A stretch of 64,000 bases of DNA, taken from the NCBI GenBank assembly GCA_043803405.1, contig JAZDKB010000013.1, forward strand, positions 1 to 64,000, read 5' to 3'. This document shows, piece after piece, positions 31,647 to 41,410 of the stretch. Positions within the stretch are counted from its first letter, which is position 1; the number at the start of each line of letters is the position of its first letter. The notes below the pieces were generated by a model. The model searched no databases. It worked only from the letters and a program-made list of their open reading frames with translations, and was not told the origin of the DNA. The translations under genes were made by a program, and so were the position numbers. This DNA is from Spirochaetota bacterium (GTDB taxonomy: Bacteria > Spirochaetota > UBA4802 > JAFGDQ01).

Positions 31647-32540
31647 ATGAAAAAAATTTTAATGACTTTAATGATTTCCGCTATTTTTATATCAGCAGCC
31701 TATGCTGAAAAACTGCATATAGTAACTACCTACCCGTATATAGCAAGCATTGCTGAACAGATAGGTAAAGACCGGATAAAGGCCAATGCACTGGCGCGCG
31801 GAGACTATGATCCGCACACAATAATTCCGAAACCGTCATTCATCGCGAAGCTCCGCAAAGCAGATCTTCTTATTATAAGCGGAGCCCAGCTGGAGATAGG
31901 GTGGCTGCCTCCGCTTTTGAAGCAGGCAAATAACGCTGTTGTAAATCCGGGACGCCCGGGATTTCTCGATCTGTCAACATTCGTAAAACTAATCGATGTT
32001 CCAACAAGTGTTTCGCGTGATCAGGGAGATATACATCCGGACGGGAACCCGCATTTTTATCTTAACCCGGGTAACATTCCTTTGCTTGCCGAGGCAATAA
32101 CAAAAAAGTTTTCCGAAATCGATATTCAAAATAGCTCATATTATAAAACTAATTGTAAGGAATTTTTGTCCATCTGGAGCAAAAAAACCGAAGAATGGAA
32201 GAAAAGGCTCTCATTGGTTAAAGGAAAAAGTGTCATCGAATATCATAAAAATTATGATTATCTTCTTCGCGCATTCGGCCTTTCACTTATCGGAACTGTC
32301 GAAAGCCTGCCAGGGATCCCGCCGAGCGCAAATCATATAGCATCCCTTGAAAAAATTATAGGCGCAAAAAAGATCGATTTTATCCTTCAGGACGTATACA
32401 ATCCGGACGAAGCTGCCAATCATCTGTCAAAAAAATACGGAATCAGACTTATTAAACTGCCGCACGATGTCGGCGCCGTGCGTGAGGCTGAAGGCATAAT
32501 TTCATTATTTGATGAAATAGTGCGGAGGTTAACGCAATGA
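31647..32540 (+). CDS. Metal ABC substrate-binding protein (ZnuA/TroA family)
   Basis: DPH, LEIGWL, GDIHPDGNPHFYL, YHKNYDY, PGIPPS; ATG 31647 after AAGGAG. Confidence 0.88.
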   Translation: MKKILMTLMISAIFISAAYAEKLHIVTTYPYIASIAEQIGKDRIKANALARGDYDPHTIIPKPSFIAKLRKADLLIISGAQLEIGWLPPLLKQANNAVVNPGRPGFLDLSTFVKLIDVPTSVSRDQGDIHPDGNPHFYLNPGNIPLLAEAITKKFSEIDIQNSSYYKTNCKEFLSIWSKKTEEWKKRLSLVKGKSVIEYHKNYDYLLRAFGLSLIGTVESLPGIPPSANHIASLEKIIGAKKIDFILQDVYNPDEAANHLSKKYGIRLIKLPHDVGAVREAEGIISLFDEIVRRLTQ

Positions 32541-33283
32541 GTGACATTCTTGTTTCCGCTTTTATATTGTCATTAGTGCTTGTCGGCATACATTCTTTTT
32601 ACGGCCTTGAAATAATAAAAAGAGGGATCATATTTACCGACCTTGCGATCGGACAGACAGCCGCTCTAGGCGCGGCTGTCTCGATGTTTTTTCTGCATGG
32701 GGCGTTTCTATATCCCGTTTCGCTCTCTTTTGCGCTGATAGGCGGCCTTATTATAGCGCTGGCCGGACGCAAAAAGGGAAATAATTTAGAGGCGTTCATC
32801 GGCCTTCTCTATGCGTTCGGGATATCGGGCGTTTTTATCATTCTTTCCAAGTCATATCACGGCATGGAAGAGTTCCAGAAGCTTATGGCGTCCGACATCC
32901 TTTTTACACCAGTAGAAGAAATAATAAAGACTGCGATCATTTATGCCTGTGTCGGGCTGGTGCTGTTTTTTCTATACAGAAGATCAAAAGGATTTATACG
33001 AGACGCTATCTTTTTTACTTCGTTCGCTGTAACGGTAACGAGTTCCGTTAGGCTTGCAGGAGTTCTTATAGTCTTCGCTCTTCTTGTGTCGCCTGCTCTC
33101 ATTTCGATGCATATAAAGAAAGGAATACCGCTGATCAATGCATGGATAGCCGGGACAGTAATTAATCTGGTATCGATAATTGTTTCCTACAGGTTCGATT
33201 TCCCGACAGGATATACGCTGGTATTCTGCAATTCGCTGTGCGCGCTTATCACGGTTATTTTGCCTGGGAAAGACAAAAAATGA
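32537..33283 (+). CDS. ABC-3 family metal permease
   Basis: IHSFYGL..IKRGIIFTDLA, EAFIG, VTSSVRLAGVLIVF. Confidence 0.85.
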   Translation: MSDILVSAFILSLVLVGIHSFYGLEIIKRGIIFTDLAIGQTAALGAAVSMFFLHGAFLYPVSLSFALIGGLIIALAGRKKGNNLEAFIGLLYAFGISGVFIILSKSYHGMEEFQKLMASDILFTPVEEIIKTAIIYACVGLVLFFLYRRSKGFIRDAIFFTSFAVTVTSSVRLAGVLIVFALLVSPALISMHIKKGIPLINAWIAGTVINLVSIIVSYRFDFPTGYTLVFCNSLCALITVILPGKDKK

Positions 33284-33343
33284 TACCGGCACCAGTGAAT
33301 TGCTTATGAAACCGTACATGGAACAATTTCAAATGATACGAAG

Positions 33344-34192
33344 TTAAATTATGGATTTAACGGCAATTGCGCCCGCATATATGAACGCTGCGCAAAGCGC
33401 AATTGCTGCGCCGCATGAGCAACCTGAATAATATGATATCAGCAATCCGGTAATTCCGGATATCAGGCTTATCACTATTGATATCAAATTATACGTTTTA
33501 AGAGAACGCGTCCAAAGCCTGGCTGAAGCCGCAGGAAGAATAAAAAGAGAATTAATGATTAAAATCCCCATCCATCTTATGGATAGAACAATAAGCACAG
33601 CGAGAAGAATGGAAAAAAGAGTTTTAACTGCATAAGGCGGAATGCTTTTTCTGTACGCAAGCGAAGGCTCAATCCCTATCAGGCTTAAATAAGAGCCGAA
33701 TAATAAAAAAAACACAAACACAACAAATGCCATTATTAAAAGATAAAAAATATCAGCCGGATTAACGCTTAAAATATCGCCTACAAGATAAACCGAATAT
33801 TTTCTGAATGAGCTTCCGCCTGTAAGCAGCGCAATGCCTAAGGCAACTGAAAAAGAAGTAAACACAGCAATTACCGTATCGCTTGACGCCCCGGTTTTCT
33901 CTGAAAAAAAATTAATCGCAAACGCGAAAACAACTGCGAATAAAATCATTGGAATAAACATCTCGGAAAAACCAATCAGCGCTCCGAGCGCTATTCCTGT
34001 GAGTGCCGAATGCCCCATGCCGTCCGAAAAAAATGCCATCCTGTTTGAGATGACTGCGGCGCCTATCAGCCCGAAGCACGGGGAAACAATGAGTATGGCC
34101 AGCAGAGCATTTTTCATAAACGCATACTCTGTCCATGAAAAAGGAAGAACTTCAATAAGCGTGTACCATGCTTCAACCATTCCTTTCTCCAT
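33344..34192 (-). CDS. znuB: Zn/Mn ABC permease
   Basis: MAFFSDGMGHSALTG, YLVGDIL, ILPAASA. Confidence 0.85.
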   Translation of the reverse strand: MEKGMVEAWYTLIEVLPFSWTEYAFMKNALLAILIVSPCFGLIGAAVISNRMAFFSDGMGHSALTGIALGALIGFSEMFIPMILFAVVFAFAINFFSEKTGASSDTVIAVFTSFSVALGIALLTGGSSFRKYSVYLVGDILSVNPADIFYLLIMAFVVFVFFLLFGSYLSLIGIEPSLAYRKSIPPYAVKTLFSILLAVLIVLSIRWMGILIINSLFILPAASARLWTRSLKTYNLISIVISLISGITGLLISYYSGCSCGAAIALCAAFIYAGAIAVKSII

Positions 34193-34976
34193 GATGCGTA
34201 TCGGGAATATTTTCTATTGTGTTATGAAACACAGAACCCATTAAAATATTAAAAGCAGGATGTTTTAAAACATATTGAGGAGAGCCCTGCGCAAGGATCT
34301 TTTTATTTATCAGTATCATTTTATCCGCGTGCCGCACTATAGAGCCGATGTCATGTGTTACAACCACAATTGCCAGATGAAATCTCTTTCTCAGATCGCA
34401 TATTATTTCATAGAAAATATCCATGCCTTTCGCGTCAACAGCCGAAACCGGTTCATCGAGCAGAAGTATGTCGGGTACAGGATTGAGCGAGCACGCAAGC
34501 AGCACCCTCTGGAGTTCTCCGCCGGAGAGTTCTCCGATTTTCCTGTCAATAAGCTTTTCGGCAGAAACAAGCGAAAGGGCTGTCTTTATCTCATTCTTTT
34601 TTTTCTTCGGTATGTAAATCCATGCCGGAAGGAACCCGGCGGATATGAGTATAAAATCGCAAACATTAATAGGAGAATCCTGCTGTATATAGGCTTTCTG
34701 AGGCACATATCCTATTCTTGGTTTGCCGCTGTCTGAAATCGAAGAGCAGTATAGTATCGAGCCGTTATATTTGACCTGCCCAAGAATAGACTTAAGAACA
34801 GTGCTTTTACCGGCGCCGTTTGGCCCTATAATCGCAGTCAGCTCCCCGCATAGAAATTTAAAACTGATATTTTCCACTGCTGTATGTTTATCATATTTTA
34901 CCGTCAAATTTTCAATGACAGTACAGCATTGGCCGCAGGGATTTTCCTTGCCGCATTTAATATTTATTTCGTTCAC
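34173..34976 (-). CDS. znuC: Zn/Mn ABC ATPase
   Basis: GPNGAGKS, IGYVPQ, LSGGELQR, LLDEP; N-terminal Cys cluster (CG...CGQCC). Confidence 0.88.
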   Translation of the reverse strand: MNEINIKCGKENPCGQCCTVIENLTVKYDKHTAVENISFKFLCGELTAIIGPNGAGKSTVLKSILGQVKYNGSILYCSSISDSGKPRIGYVPQKAYIQQDSPINVCDFILISAGFLPAWIYIPKKKKNEIKTALSLVSAEKLIDRKIGELSGGELQRVLLACSLNPVPDILLLDEPVSAVDAKGMDIFYEIICDLRKRFHLAIVVVTHDIGSIVRHADKMILINKKILAQGSPQYVLKHPAFNILMGSVFHNTIENIPDTHHGERNG

Positions 34977-35854
34977 TCGAATGCTTTTTTCAATACTGAA
35001 AGATTTTTACGCATAATGTTTATATACGCGTTTTTGTCGTCATCACCTGTAACAGCAGGATCAAGTGTATATACAGTAGCTCCGGTTTCCTTCGCTATGG
35101 TGCCGGCAGATGATGAAGGATATTGCGGCTCGGCAAATAGAGTTTTTATCTTTTCTTTTCTGACGATCTCAATAGTTTCTGCTATTTCCTTCGCCGACGG
35201 TTCGCTGCCCGGCTCTCTTTCAATGACCGCAGCGATTTTAAATCCGAATTCCTGCGCGAAATACGGAAATGCTTCGTGAAATGTAATTATTTTTCTACCT
35301 CTGTATTGATTAAGGCTTGCGATCATTTCTATTTTTAAAGCTTCAAGCTGTTTTGTATATCTCAAAGCATTCTCTTTATATTGACCCGCGTTTTTTGGAT
35401 CTGCTGTAGTCAAAGCATTTTGACAGTTATTTACCATAACTATCGCGTTGCTTACGCTTACCCATACATGAGGATTGTCGCCTTCCTTGCCGCGTATTAA
35501 TTTAATGTCTTTTGAAAGCTCAGCAATTTTCATAGCAGGAAATTTTTCGGTTATTTTGTTCAGAAAGGATTCCATGCCTGCGCCATTAACAAGGAAAATG
35601 CCGGCCCGTTCGATGCGCTTCATATCTTCAGAGGTTAAGCTGTAATCATGAAGACACCCGGTGACAGGGGGCGTCATATTGATAACCTTAGCACCTTTAA
35701 CGCCGTCGGCGACATTCCTAGCGATAATATAAACAGGATAAAACGAAGCTACGATCTGAAATTTTCCATCTTCAGTTTTCGCACCGTCTTTCGCGCACCC
35801 GATAGCCATTAAAAATAAAATTACAACGAATGCAATCAACGATGTTCTTTTCAT
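34973..35854 (-). CDS. znuA: Zn/Mn ABC substrate-binding lipoprotein
   Basis: Lipobox AIGC; GCLHDY, NPHVW, FHEAFPYF, EPS. Confidence 0.88.
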   Translation of the reverse strand: MKRTSLIAFVVILFLMAIGCAKDGAKTEDGKFQIVASFYPVYIIARNVADGVKGAKVINMTPPVTGCLHDYSLTSEDMKRIERAGIFLVNGAGMESFLNKITEKFPAMKIAELSKDIKLIRGKEGDNPHVWVSVSNAIVMVNNCQNALTTADPKNAGQYKENALRYTKQLEALKIEMIASLNQYRGRKIITFHEAFPYFAQEFGFKIAAVIEREPGSEPSAKEIAETIEIVRKEKIKTLFAEPQYPSSSAGTIAKETGATVYTLDPAVTGDDDKNAYINIMRKNLSVLKKAFE

Positions 35855-36007
35855 AACCTAACCTCCTGGTTTATTTAAGTTTTCTAAAAACAAGAGCCTT
35901 CCCGTATCTGCGGAGATGAGATTTTTATACGCGGTTATTGATAGCATAAAGCATGACACTAATAATCTATTATTAAAAAATAATTGACAAACGATACGGA
36001 AAAAATA

Positions 36008-36091
36008 AAACGCAAATGAATCGCGTTTACAAAATAAACGGTAAAATAATTATTTTATTTGTCAACTATAAAACGCAAACAAATTGCGTTC
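36008..36091. promoter_or_regulatory. Pair of 21-bp inverted-repeat boxes, candidate Zur-type operators
   Basis: AAACGCAAATGAATCGCGTTT (36008-36028) and AAACGCAAACAAATTGCGTTC (36071-36091) between divergent znuA and the permease operon. Confidence 0.6.
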
Positions 36092-36115
36092 TGTAAAATT
36101 CAGGGATGGGGATTT

Positions 36116-37189
36116 ATGTTAATAAAGGAATCATCCGGTCCGCCAGGCAAAAAATTTCTTATACCTGGTAAATATCTTATTGTAATGGCGGTAATCGTTC
36201 TGTATATAATACTCGACTCCGTACAGATAGACTATTCTTTATACGATTTCTCAGCTCTGTATAAGCTGAATTTATTTTTTTGGGGAATATTCATACAGGC
36301 ATTCCCGTTTATTCTCTCAGGCGCACTTCTCTCTTCATCTATTCAGATATTTTTTAACCGCGAGAAATTCGACGCGCTTGCCGGCTCTTCAGGCAAAGCA
36401 TCTTTGCTTTTTCCTCTTATTGCTTCATTCATTCTGCCTGTATGCGACTGTTCGTCTGTAACTGTTGCGGCAGGCTTTGTTAAAAAAAACCTCCCTTTGA
36501 GATCGGTTATTATCTACCTGCTTGCCGCTCCCATAGTAAATCCAATAGTGATTGCAGCCACAATATTCGCTTTCCCCGGAAAAACTGAGATGGTAATTAT
36601 ACGGATTGCTATCGGTTTATTAACCGCATTTATTGTAGCCTTAATTATGCACAGGATATTCGGAGGGCCGAATGCATCATATATCCGTCAAAGTAATCAT
36701 GAACATAAAATTTGCGGATGTGAACATTGCGCTGCTGAGATAAAAATTGCTCTAAATATGCCGTTAATATCAAAATTACGTATGCTTCTGCTGAACACCG
36801 GCGATGAATTGTTCCATGTTTTGCCTTATATAATTGCAGGTTCTCTTATATCCTCCATGTTCCAGCTATGGATACCTAAAAGTATAATACAATCCAACAG
36901 CGCCTTTGCAGGGATTTTTTTACAGACCGGTATAATGCTGTCCGCCGCGTTTTTACTTTCCCTGTGCTCCACCTCTGACTCTTTTGTAGCGAGATCTTTT
37001 TACGGCCATTTCACGGCAGGCCCTGTTTTGGGTTTTATGATCCTGGGGCCAATGATAGACGTAAAAAACGTAATAGTGCTTTCATCATATTTTAAAAAAC
37101 GTTTTGTGGCAATTCTTACCTTGCTCATATTCTTCACTGTTTATCTATTAATAATTTTATTATCATTTTTATTTAAAGGTTTGCTATGA
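36116..37189 (+). CDS. DUF318/YcgR-type permease
   Basis: QAFPF, LPVCDC, LLAAPIVNP, LSLCSTSD.FV, GPMIDVKN; His/Cys-rich loop. Confidence 0.85.
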   Translation: MLIKESSGPPGKKFLIPGKYLIVMAVIVLYIILDSVQIDYSLYDFSALYKLNLFFWGIFIQAFPFILSGALLSSSIQIFFNREKFDALAGSSGKASLLFPLIASFILPVCDCSSVTVAAGFVKKNLPLRSVIIYLLAAPIVNPIVIAATIFAFPGKTEMVIIRIAIGLLTAFIVALIMHRIFGGPNASYIRQSNHEHKICGCEHCAAEIKIALNMPLISKLRMLLLNTGDELFHVLPYIIAGSLISSMFQLWIPKSIIQSNSAFAGIFLQTGIMLSAAFLLSLCSTSDSFVARSFYGHFTAGPVLGFMILGPMIDVKNVIVLSSYFKKRFVAILTLLIFFTVYLLIILLSFLFKGLL

Positions 37190-37944
37190 CCGGATCAGGC
37201 AAAATAAACGCTGTAATCCTTTTCAGGGCATTGCTGCTCATAATATATTGCGCGTTTTTTCTGAATATAATACTAAGCGGCTCTGTGGCTAAATATGTTC
37301 ATCCTCGCTATAATATATTTTTAATTATTTCATGCGCAGTATCCGCAGTAATAATTACCGTAATGCTCCTGTCCGTTAAATCTCATTCTCATGCTAAAAT
37401 TTCCGCAGGCCGGATTATATTGCTTATCCTCCCGCTTCTGTTCGCTTTTACAACACGAAACATGGACACAAATTATTCGGATAATTTTTCTTCAGCAGGC
37501 GGCGCCTCGAAATACCCGGATACAAACAAAGAAATGCCGGCTGAAATGCTTCCCGATTTCATCCTTGACGCAAGAGAAAAGGACAGCATAAACATGGTTG
37601 AGAAACATTTTGTACCGATTATCGACGATATTTACAATAATCCTTCCGTATATCAAGGTAAGTCGATCTCCGTTTCAGGGATAGTGTTAAAAAGAAAATA
37701 CGCGGACAACAAAGAAGAATTCGCTGTAGCTAGAATGATGATGATTTGCTGCGCTGCAGATGTTCAGCCAGCGGGATTCATCTGCAGGTATAAAGACGCG
37801 ACTTCAATAGCGGCGAACGTGTGGTATAAAATATCCGGAGTAATAGAGATAATCAATTTAGAGAAATCCGATATACCAGTAATAAAGGTCATGGAAGCCG
37901 TAAAGACCGTTAAACCGGCAAATCAATATGTTTATCCATTTTAA
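37186..37944 (+). CDS. TIGR03943/DUF1980 (YcgQ-like) membrane protein
   Basis: YVHPR, RMMMICCAAD, C-terminal YVYP. Confidence 0.85.
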   Translation: MTGSGKINAVILFRALLLIIYCAFFLNIILSGSVAKYVHPRYNIFLIISCAVSAVIITVMLLSVKSHSHAKISAGRIILLILPLLFAFTTRNMDTNYSDNFSSAGGASKYPDTNKEMPAEMLPDFILDAREKDSINMVEKHFVPIIDDIYNNPSVYQGKSISVSGIVLKRKYADNKEEFAVARMMMICCAADVQPAGFICRYKDATSIAANVWYKISGVIEIINLEKSDIPVIKVMEAVKTVKPANQYVYPF

Positions 37945-38061
37945 ATGCTAAGGTATCGGTTCTAAAAGTGAGCGGCTATTCCCCGCCCCTTTTATTAGCG
38001 CCTGGCATGGAACTAATAAATATTGCTTGATTATATAAACATAAATAAATACAGGTTTTTT

Positions 38062-38445
38062 ATGAGGCCAAGATTATCCGAGTTCAGAAAAGAGTTAGTA
38101 AGCTTACTAGATGAAAAAGGTATTCCTTTAAGCGTAAAAGACATACACTCGGTTAACAAAGACGTTGATCTTTCCACTGTTTACAGAGCGCTTGAATACC
38201 TTGAATCTACAGGTGCGATAAAATCCATTATTATCCCATGCAACTGCGGCCAATTCCGTTATTATCATACGGATAAAAAACATGTTCATTATCTGCATTG
38301 TGAAAAATGCCACACTTTCTATTCTGTACCGTACTGCGGCCTTAATAAAATTGAAAAAGATATTCATAAAAATTTTAATTTTGAGGTCACAAATCATATT
38401 CTGTTTTTCTTTGGTAAATGCCAGAATTGCGTCCAGTCAGAATAG
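38062..38445 (+). CDS. Fur-family regulator, probably Zur
   Basis: STVYRAL, HVHYLHCEKC, G.CQNC; located in a zinc-uptake neighbourhood. Confidence 0.85.
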   Translation: MRPRLSEFRKELVSLLDEKGIPLSVKDIHSVNKDVDLSTVYRALEYLESTGAIKSIIIPCNCGQFRYYHTDKKHVHYLHCEKCHTFYSVPYCGLNKIEKDIHKNFNFEVTNHILFFFGKCQNCVQSE

Positions 38446-38740
38446 TTTTTTTGTGATGCTATTGCATAGCTTTCAGCCATTGTTTACATTTTGTACATGA
38501 TATTGCATGTTTGAATAATTCTTTCATTTGTTTCATTTTAAATAATCACAATAATTTTAAGACCGGCACAAATTATATTCATTGCTTAAAATTGTTAAAA
38601 ATGCTTGATCGATTTTTTATTTCAAAGCGTAATACCTCGACGCTTATGTCGAGGATGAAGGCATTGAAATATTAAATTTTAATAGATATCCGGAAAAAGA
38701 TCTGTGAAAGCTTAACAATAGGCATCAAAAAGAGGACTTG

Positions 38741-38827
38741 ATGTTTGAATTGAAATTTGATGAAACATTATGCGCGGCCTGCCCTACAGGCGCGTGCCTG
38801 GCAAAGTGCCAGTATATGGAGATCGGC
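38741..38827 (+). repeat. Exact 87-bp direct repeat, copy 1 (5' end of the 41971 gene)
   Basis: ATGTTTGAATTG...GGAGATCGGC identical to 41971-42057. Confidence 0.95.
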
Positions 38828-39056
38828 CCTCCGGCTTGCGGGCGGATGTCTCGTAAGACAGCTCTTTCTCGCCGGCGAAGGCGATGGAGACGCTGCAGTT
38901 TTTGTTCTGGGCATGATCGTTGGAGCCGGAATAGCGCATAAGTTCGGCAAGGCAAGCTCCGCTACCGGAATCGGGCCTCACAGCATTGCAGCTGTAGTTA
39001 CAGGATTTATTGTCTGTCTGTTTTTTGGTTTTACAATGAGAAAAAAAATCGCATAA
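38828..39056 (+). pseudogene. yedE: 3' remnant of a YedE-family selenium-metabolism membrane protein
   Basis: LAGGCLVRQLFLAGEGDGDAAVFVLGMIVGA resembles the YedE C-terminus; 5' part replaced by the 87-bp repeat. Confidence 0.78.
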
Positions 39057-39068
39057 GGAGATAAAATA

Positions 39069-39287
39069 ATAGCAACAACAGTTGACGCAAGAGGGCTTTC
39101 ATGCCCTCAGCCCGTAATTTTAGTTTTAAATGAAATTAAAAAGGGAAAAGATAAAGATATAATAATTCTTGTCGATACTGATACATCCAAAGAAAATGTA
39201 AGCAGTGCTGCTGAAAATCAGGGGTGCAAGACAAACGAAATTTTATCTGAAAGCAGTGGATTTAAAATTTCGATCACAAAAGCATAA
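39069..39287 (+). pseudogene. TusA/YedF sulfurtransferase-family gene with an ATA in place of ATG
   Basis: (I)ATTVDARGLSCPQPVILVLNEIKKG...ISITKA*; AAGGAG RBS 8 nt upstream of ATA; frame otherwise intact. Confidence 0.78.
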
Positions 39288-39293
39288 AAATTT

Positions 39294-39404
39294 TTGTTTA
39301 AATTTTTTAAAAATAAAAAAGAAGATCGCGGGTTATCCGTTGAGCGAGGCATATTTGTTTTTCAGAATACCAGCGAAGTCATAGAAGCGGAAAAAATTCA
39401 GTAA
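39294..39404 (+). pseudogene. 5' fragment of a DUF3343-like gene
   Basis: ...RGIFVFQNTSEVIEAEKI then an abrupt stop at the junction with the selD remnant. Confidence 0.55.
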
Positions 39405-39596
39405 GGGTCGTCCACGATTGGAGTAAAAAAATCCATTGTCTGGATGAGAGCAAGGTCATCCGATACTTTGTAAACACCGGCATCATCCGCACGGTCAAGA
39501 CCAAAGCGCTCTGTCCATGTCCTCCGTACCGACTTTGGAGGCTCAGCCTGCGCCTGTAACAGTTTTCGTGAGACATGGTCTTGTGGGTTCCGCCAT
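39398..39596 (-). pseudogene. selD: Selenophosphate synthetase SelD remnant (Sec-type)
   Basis: [33 protein letters not shown], then a frameshift/deletion to [34 protein letters not shown], then truncated. Confidence 0.88.
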
Positions 39597-39678
39597 TTTT
39601 CTGTCCTCTATATTACGAATTTTATTTTAATGATTGATATATACAGTAACTGTTTTTTAAAAAAATCACAAACATATA

Positions 39679-39963
39679 TCATTGCCCGTGCTTTTTCATT
39701 TTTTCCAGCGCTGAATTGAAATGCCGGTCAATTTTTTCCGAAAGCTTGATTATTTTTCGAAACTCCGATGCAATATCATTGAAACCGGATTTCATTGTTT
39801 GTTTATGCCATTTTTTTAGATCATCAACATGATCCAGATTGTGCTTTATGAGATATGGAATAAGCGTCCTGAGCTGTTCCGGATCAAATCCGGCATGATC
39901 TTTTTCATGCTCATGTTCATGACTGTGTCCGTGATCGTGATGATGCCCGTTATCTTCATGCAT
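39679..39963 (-). CDS. His-rich putative Ni/Co-binding protein
   Basis: HHHDHGHSHEHEHE N-terminus plus HNxxH helical domain; GGAGGT RBS. Confidence 0.75.
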   Translation of the reverse strand: MHEDNGHHHDHGHSHEHEHEKDHAGFDPEQLRTLIPYLIKHNLDHVDDLKKWHKQTMKSGFNDIASEFRKIIKLSEKIDRHFNSALEKMKKHGQ

Positions 39964-40109
39964 TGTTTTTACCTCCCGCATCCCTTAGTATTATAATTAT
40001 ATAATTGTCAACCATGTTGATTTCCTCAACTCTACAATCTTCAAGTCTTATTCCATCATCAAAGACTATATTTGAAAGCTAAAATATCATATTTTTTTTT
40101 AAATATTTA

Positions 40110-40301
40110 TTAGTTTGTTTTTATTAAAATAACCCGTGAGTTGATGAAATCAATTTTTTCGATTACTGCTTTTATCACTTTTTCTTCTTCAAAAAGACTT
40201 GATAAAACTATATTGTTATCATCAATTCTTAATGTCGCGGTATTCGCAAAAATTTGTTCTTCTTTTGAATTATTTTTTATCCAAACAGTTGGCATGCACA
40301 T
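40110..40301 (-). CDS. cooT: CooT-family nickel-binding protein
   Basis: 63 aa, MC N-terminus, LFEEEK.I.A.I..IDF pattern. Confidence 0.72.
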   Translation of the reverse strand: MCMPTVWIKNNSKEEQIFANTATLRIDDNNIVLSSLFEEEKVIKAVIEKIDFINSRVILIKTN

Positions 40302-40348
40302 TTTTTCACCCCCGATTTTTCATTTAAAAAATAATTAATCCGATCTGC

Positions 40349-40780
40349 CTAAGCTTTTTTATTCCTAGAATTTTCAACAGCCTTATGCAAATTGTTGGCG
40401 GCAAGCAGCGCGTAGTGCTGATCCTCTTCAGGCAGACCGCCTATTGTATCCAGAATGGTTTCATTTGAAATTTTTTTTATTTCGTCCGGCGTTTTCCCAA
40501 ATGCAAGTTCTGCTGCCAGGGAGCCGCAAATCATGCTCGGACCGCATCCGTCAGTCTGAAATGACGATTCCCTGACTGCACCTTTTTCGAATTTCAGGAA
40601 AATTTCCATAGTATCGCCACATGGGCCTTTAATACAGCCGTATCCGTCCGAGTTTTCCATTGGCCCCATATGCGTTGGATTGTTCCATGTGTCAAATGCC
40701 TTTTGGCCGTAATCCTTTAGTGTATCTTTATATATCCTTTCCTGTAATTCATTTACAAAATCATCAAGACGATCAGACAT
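40349..40780 (-). CDS. NifU/IscU N-terminal-like scaffold protein (third Cys replaced by Tyr)
   Basis: GPCGDTME, TDGCG, GGLP..DQHYALLA. Confidence 0.85.
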   Translation of the reverse strand: MSDRLDDFVNELQERIYKDTLKDYGQKAFDTWNNPTHMGPMENSDGYGCIKGPCGDTMEIFLKFEKGAVRESSFQTDGCGPSMICGSLAAELAFGKTPDEIKKISNETILDTIGGLPEEDQHYALLAANNLHKAVENSRNKKA

Positions 40781-40878
40781 TTTTTCCTCTTCATTTATAA
40801 TATAGCATTAGGGTTTCAAATTCTGAAAATTTTATCAGATTTATAGAGATAGAGTATTCAGAAAAATTGTTTCTATAA

Positions 40879-41391
40879 TCAATTTTTATTTTTTTTATAA
40901 AAATTATCTATTGCTTCCTTCAGTGTATTTATTGCAAGTAAAGCGCAATGTTTATGATCATCAGGCAGCCCTCCTAATGAATCAAGCACATCCTGCTGCG
41001 TGTAATTCCTGATCTCGTCAATATTTTTACCTTTGACCATCTCAGCTACCATACCTCCTGCAGCGATGGATGGCTGGCACCCGTCTGTCTGGAATGAAGA
41101 GTCAATGATTATGCTGTTATTCGTTTTAAGAAATATCTCCATAGTGTCTCCGCACGGGCCTGTAATTCTGGCAAATCCGTCCGGCGCCTCAATCCTTCTA
41201 TTGTCTTTTGCCCTCAAAAAAAGATCAATTGCTTTATCCGTATAGAGCGATCTTAGCTGAGCAATAATCTGTTTTTTAAATCTTTCATATTCAGGCGACT
41301 TATTTTTAAATACTCCTATGCTTTCAAGGCCTTCATCTGCCCATTTTTCAATGGCACTTCCGAGTTCAGTCGATAATTCTTTTTTCCCCAT
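40879..41391 (-). CDS. NifU/IscU N-terminal-like scaffold protein
   Basis: GPCGDTME, TDGC, GGLP..HKHCALLA; ATG 41391 after AGGAGG. Confidence 0.85.
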   Translation of the reverse strand: MGKKELSTELGSAIEKWADEGLESIGVFKNKSPEYERFKKQIIAQLRSLYTDKAIDLFLRAKDNRRIEAPDGFARITGPCGDTMEIFLKTNNSIIIDSSFQTDGCQPSIAAGGMVAEMVKGKNIDEIRNYTQQDVLDSLGGLPDDHKHCALLAINTLKEAIDNFYKKNKN

Positions 41392-41410
41392 AAACCTCCT
41401 CATATTTATC

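Noticed and set aside
38635..38654. Hairpin CCTCGAC-gcttat-GTCGAGG as an IS200/IS605 end
   Set aside because: No transposase or partner end found; too short to call
38725..39056. Several short ORFs called in the track as genes
   Set aside because: They are chimeric frames across the repeat/yedE junction
39379..39576. 65-aa minus-strand ORF
   Set aside because: Wrong-frame reading of the selD remnant
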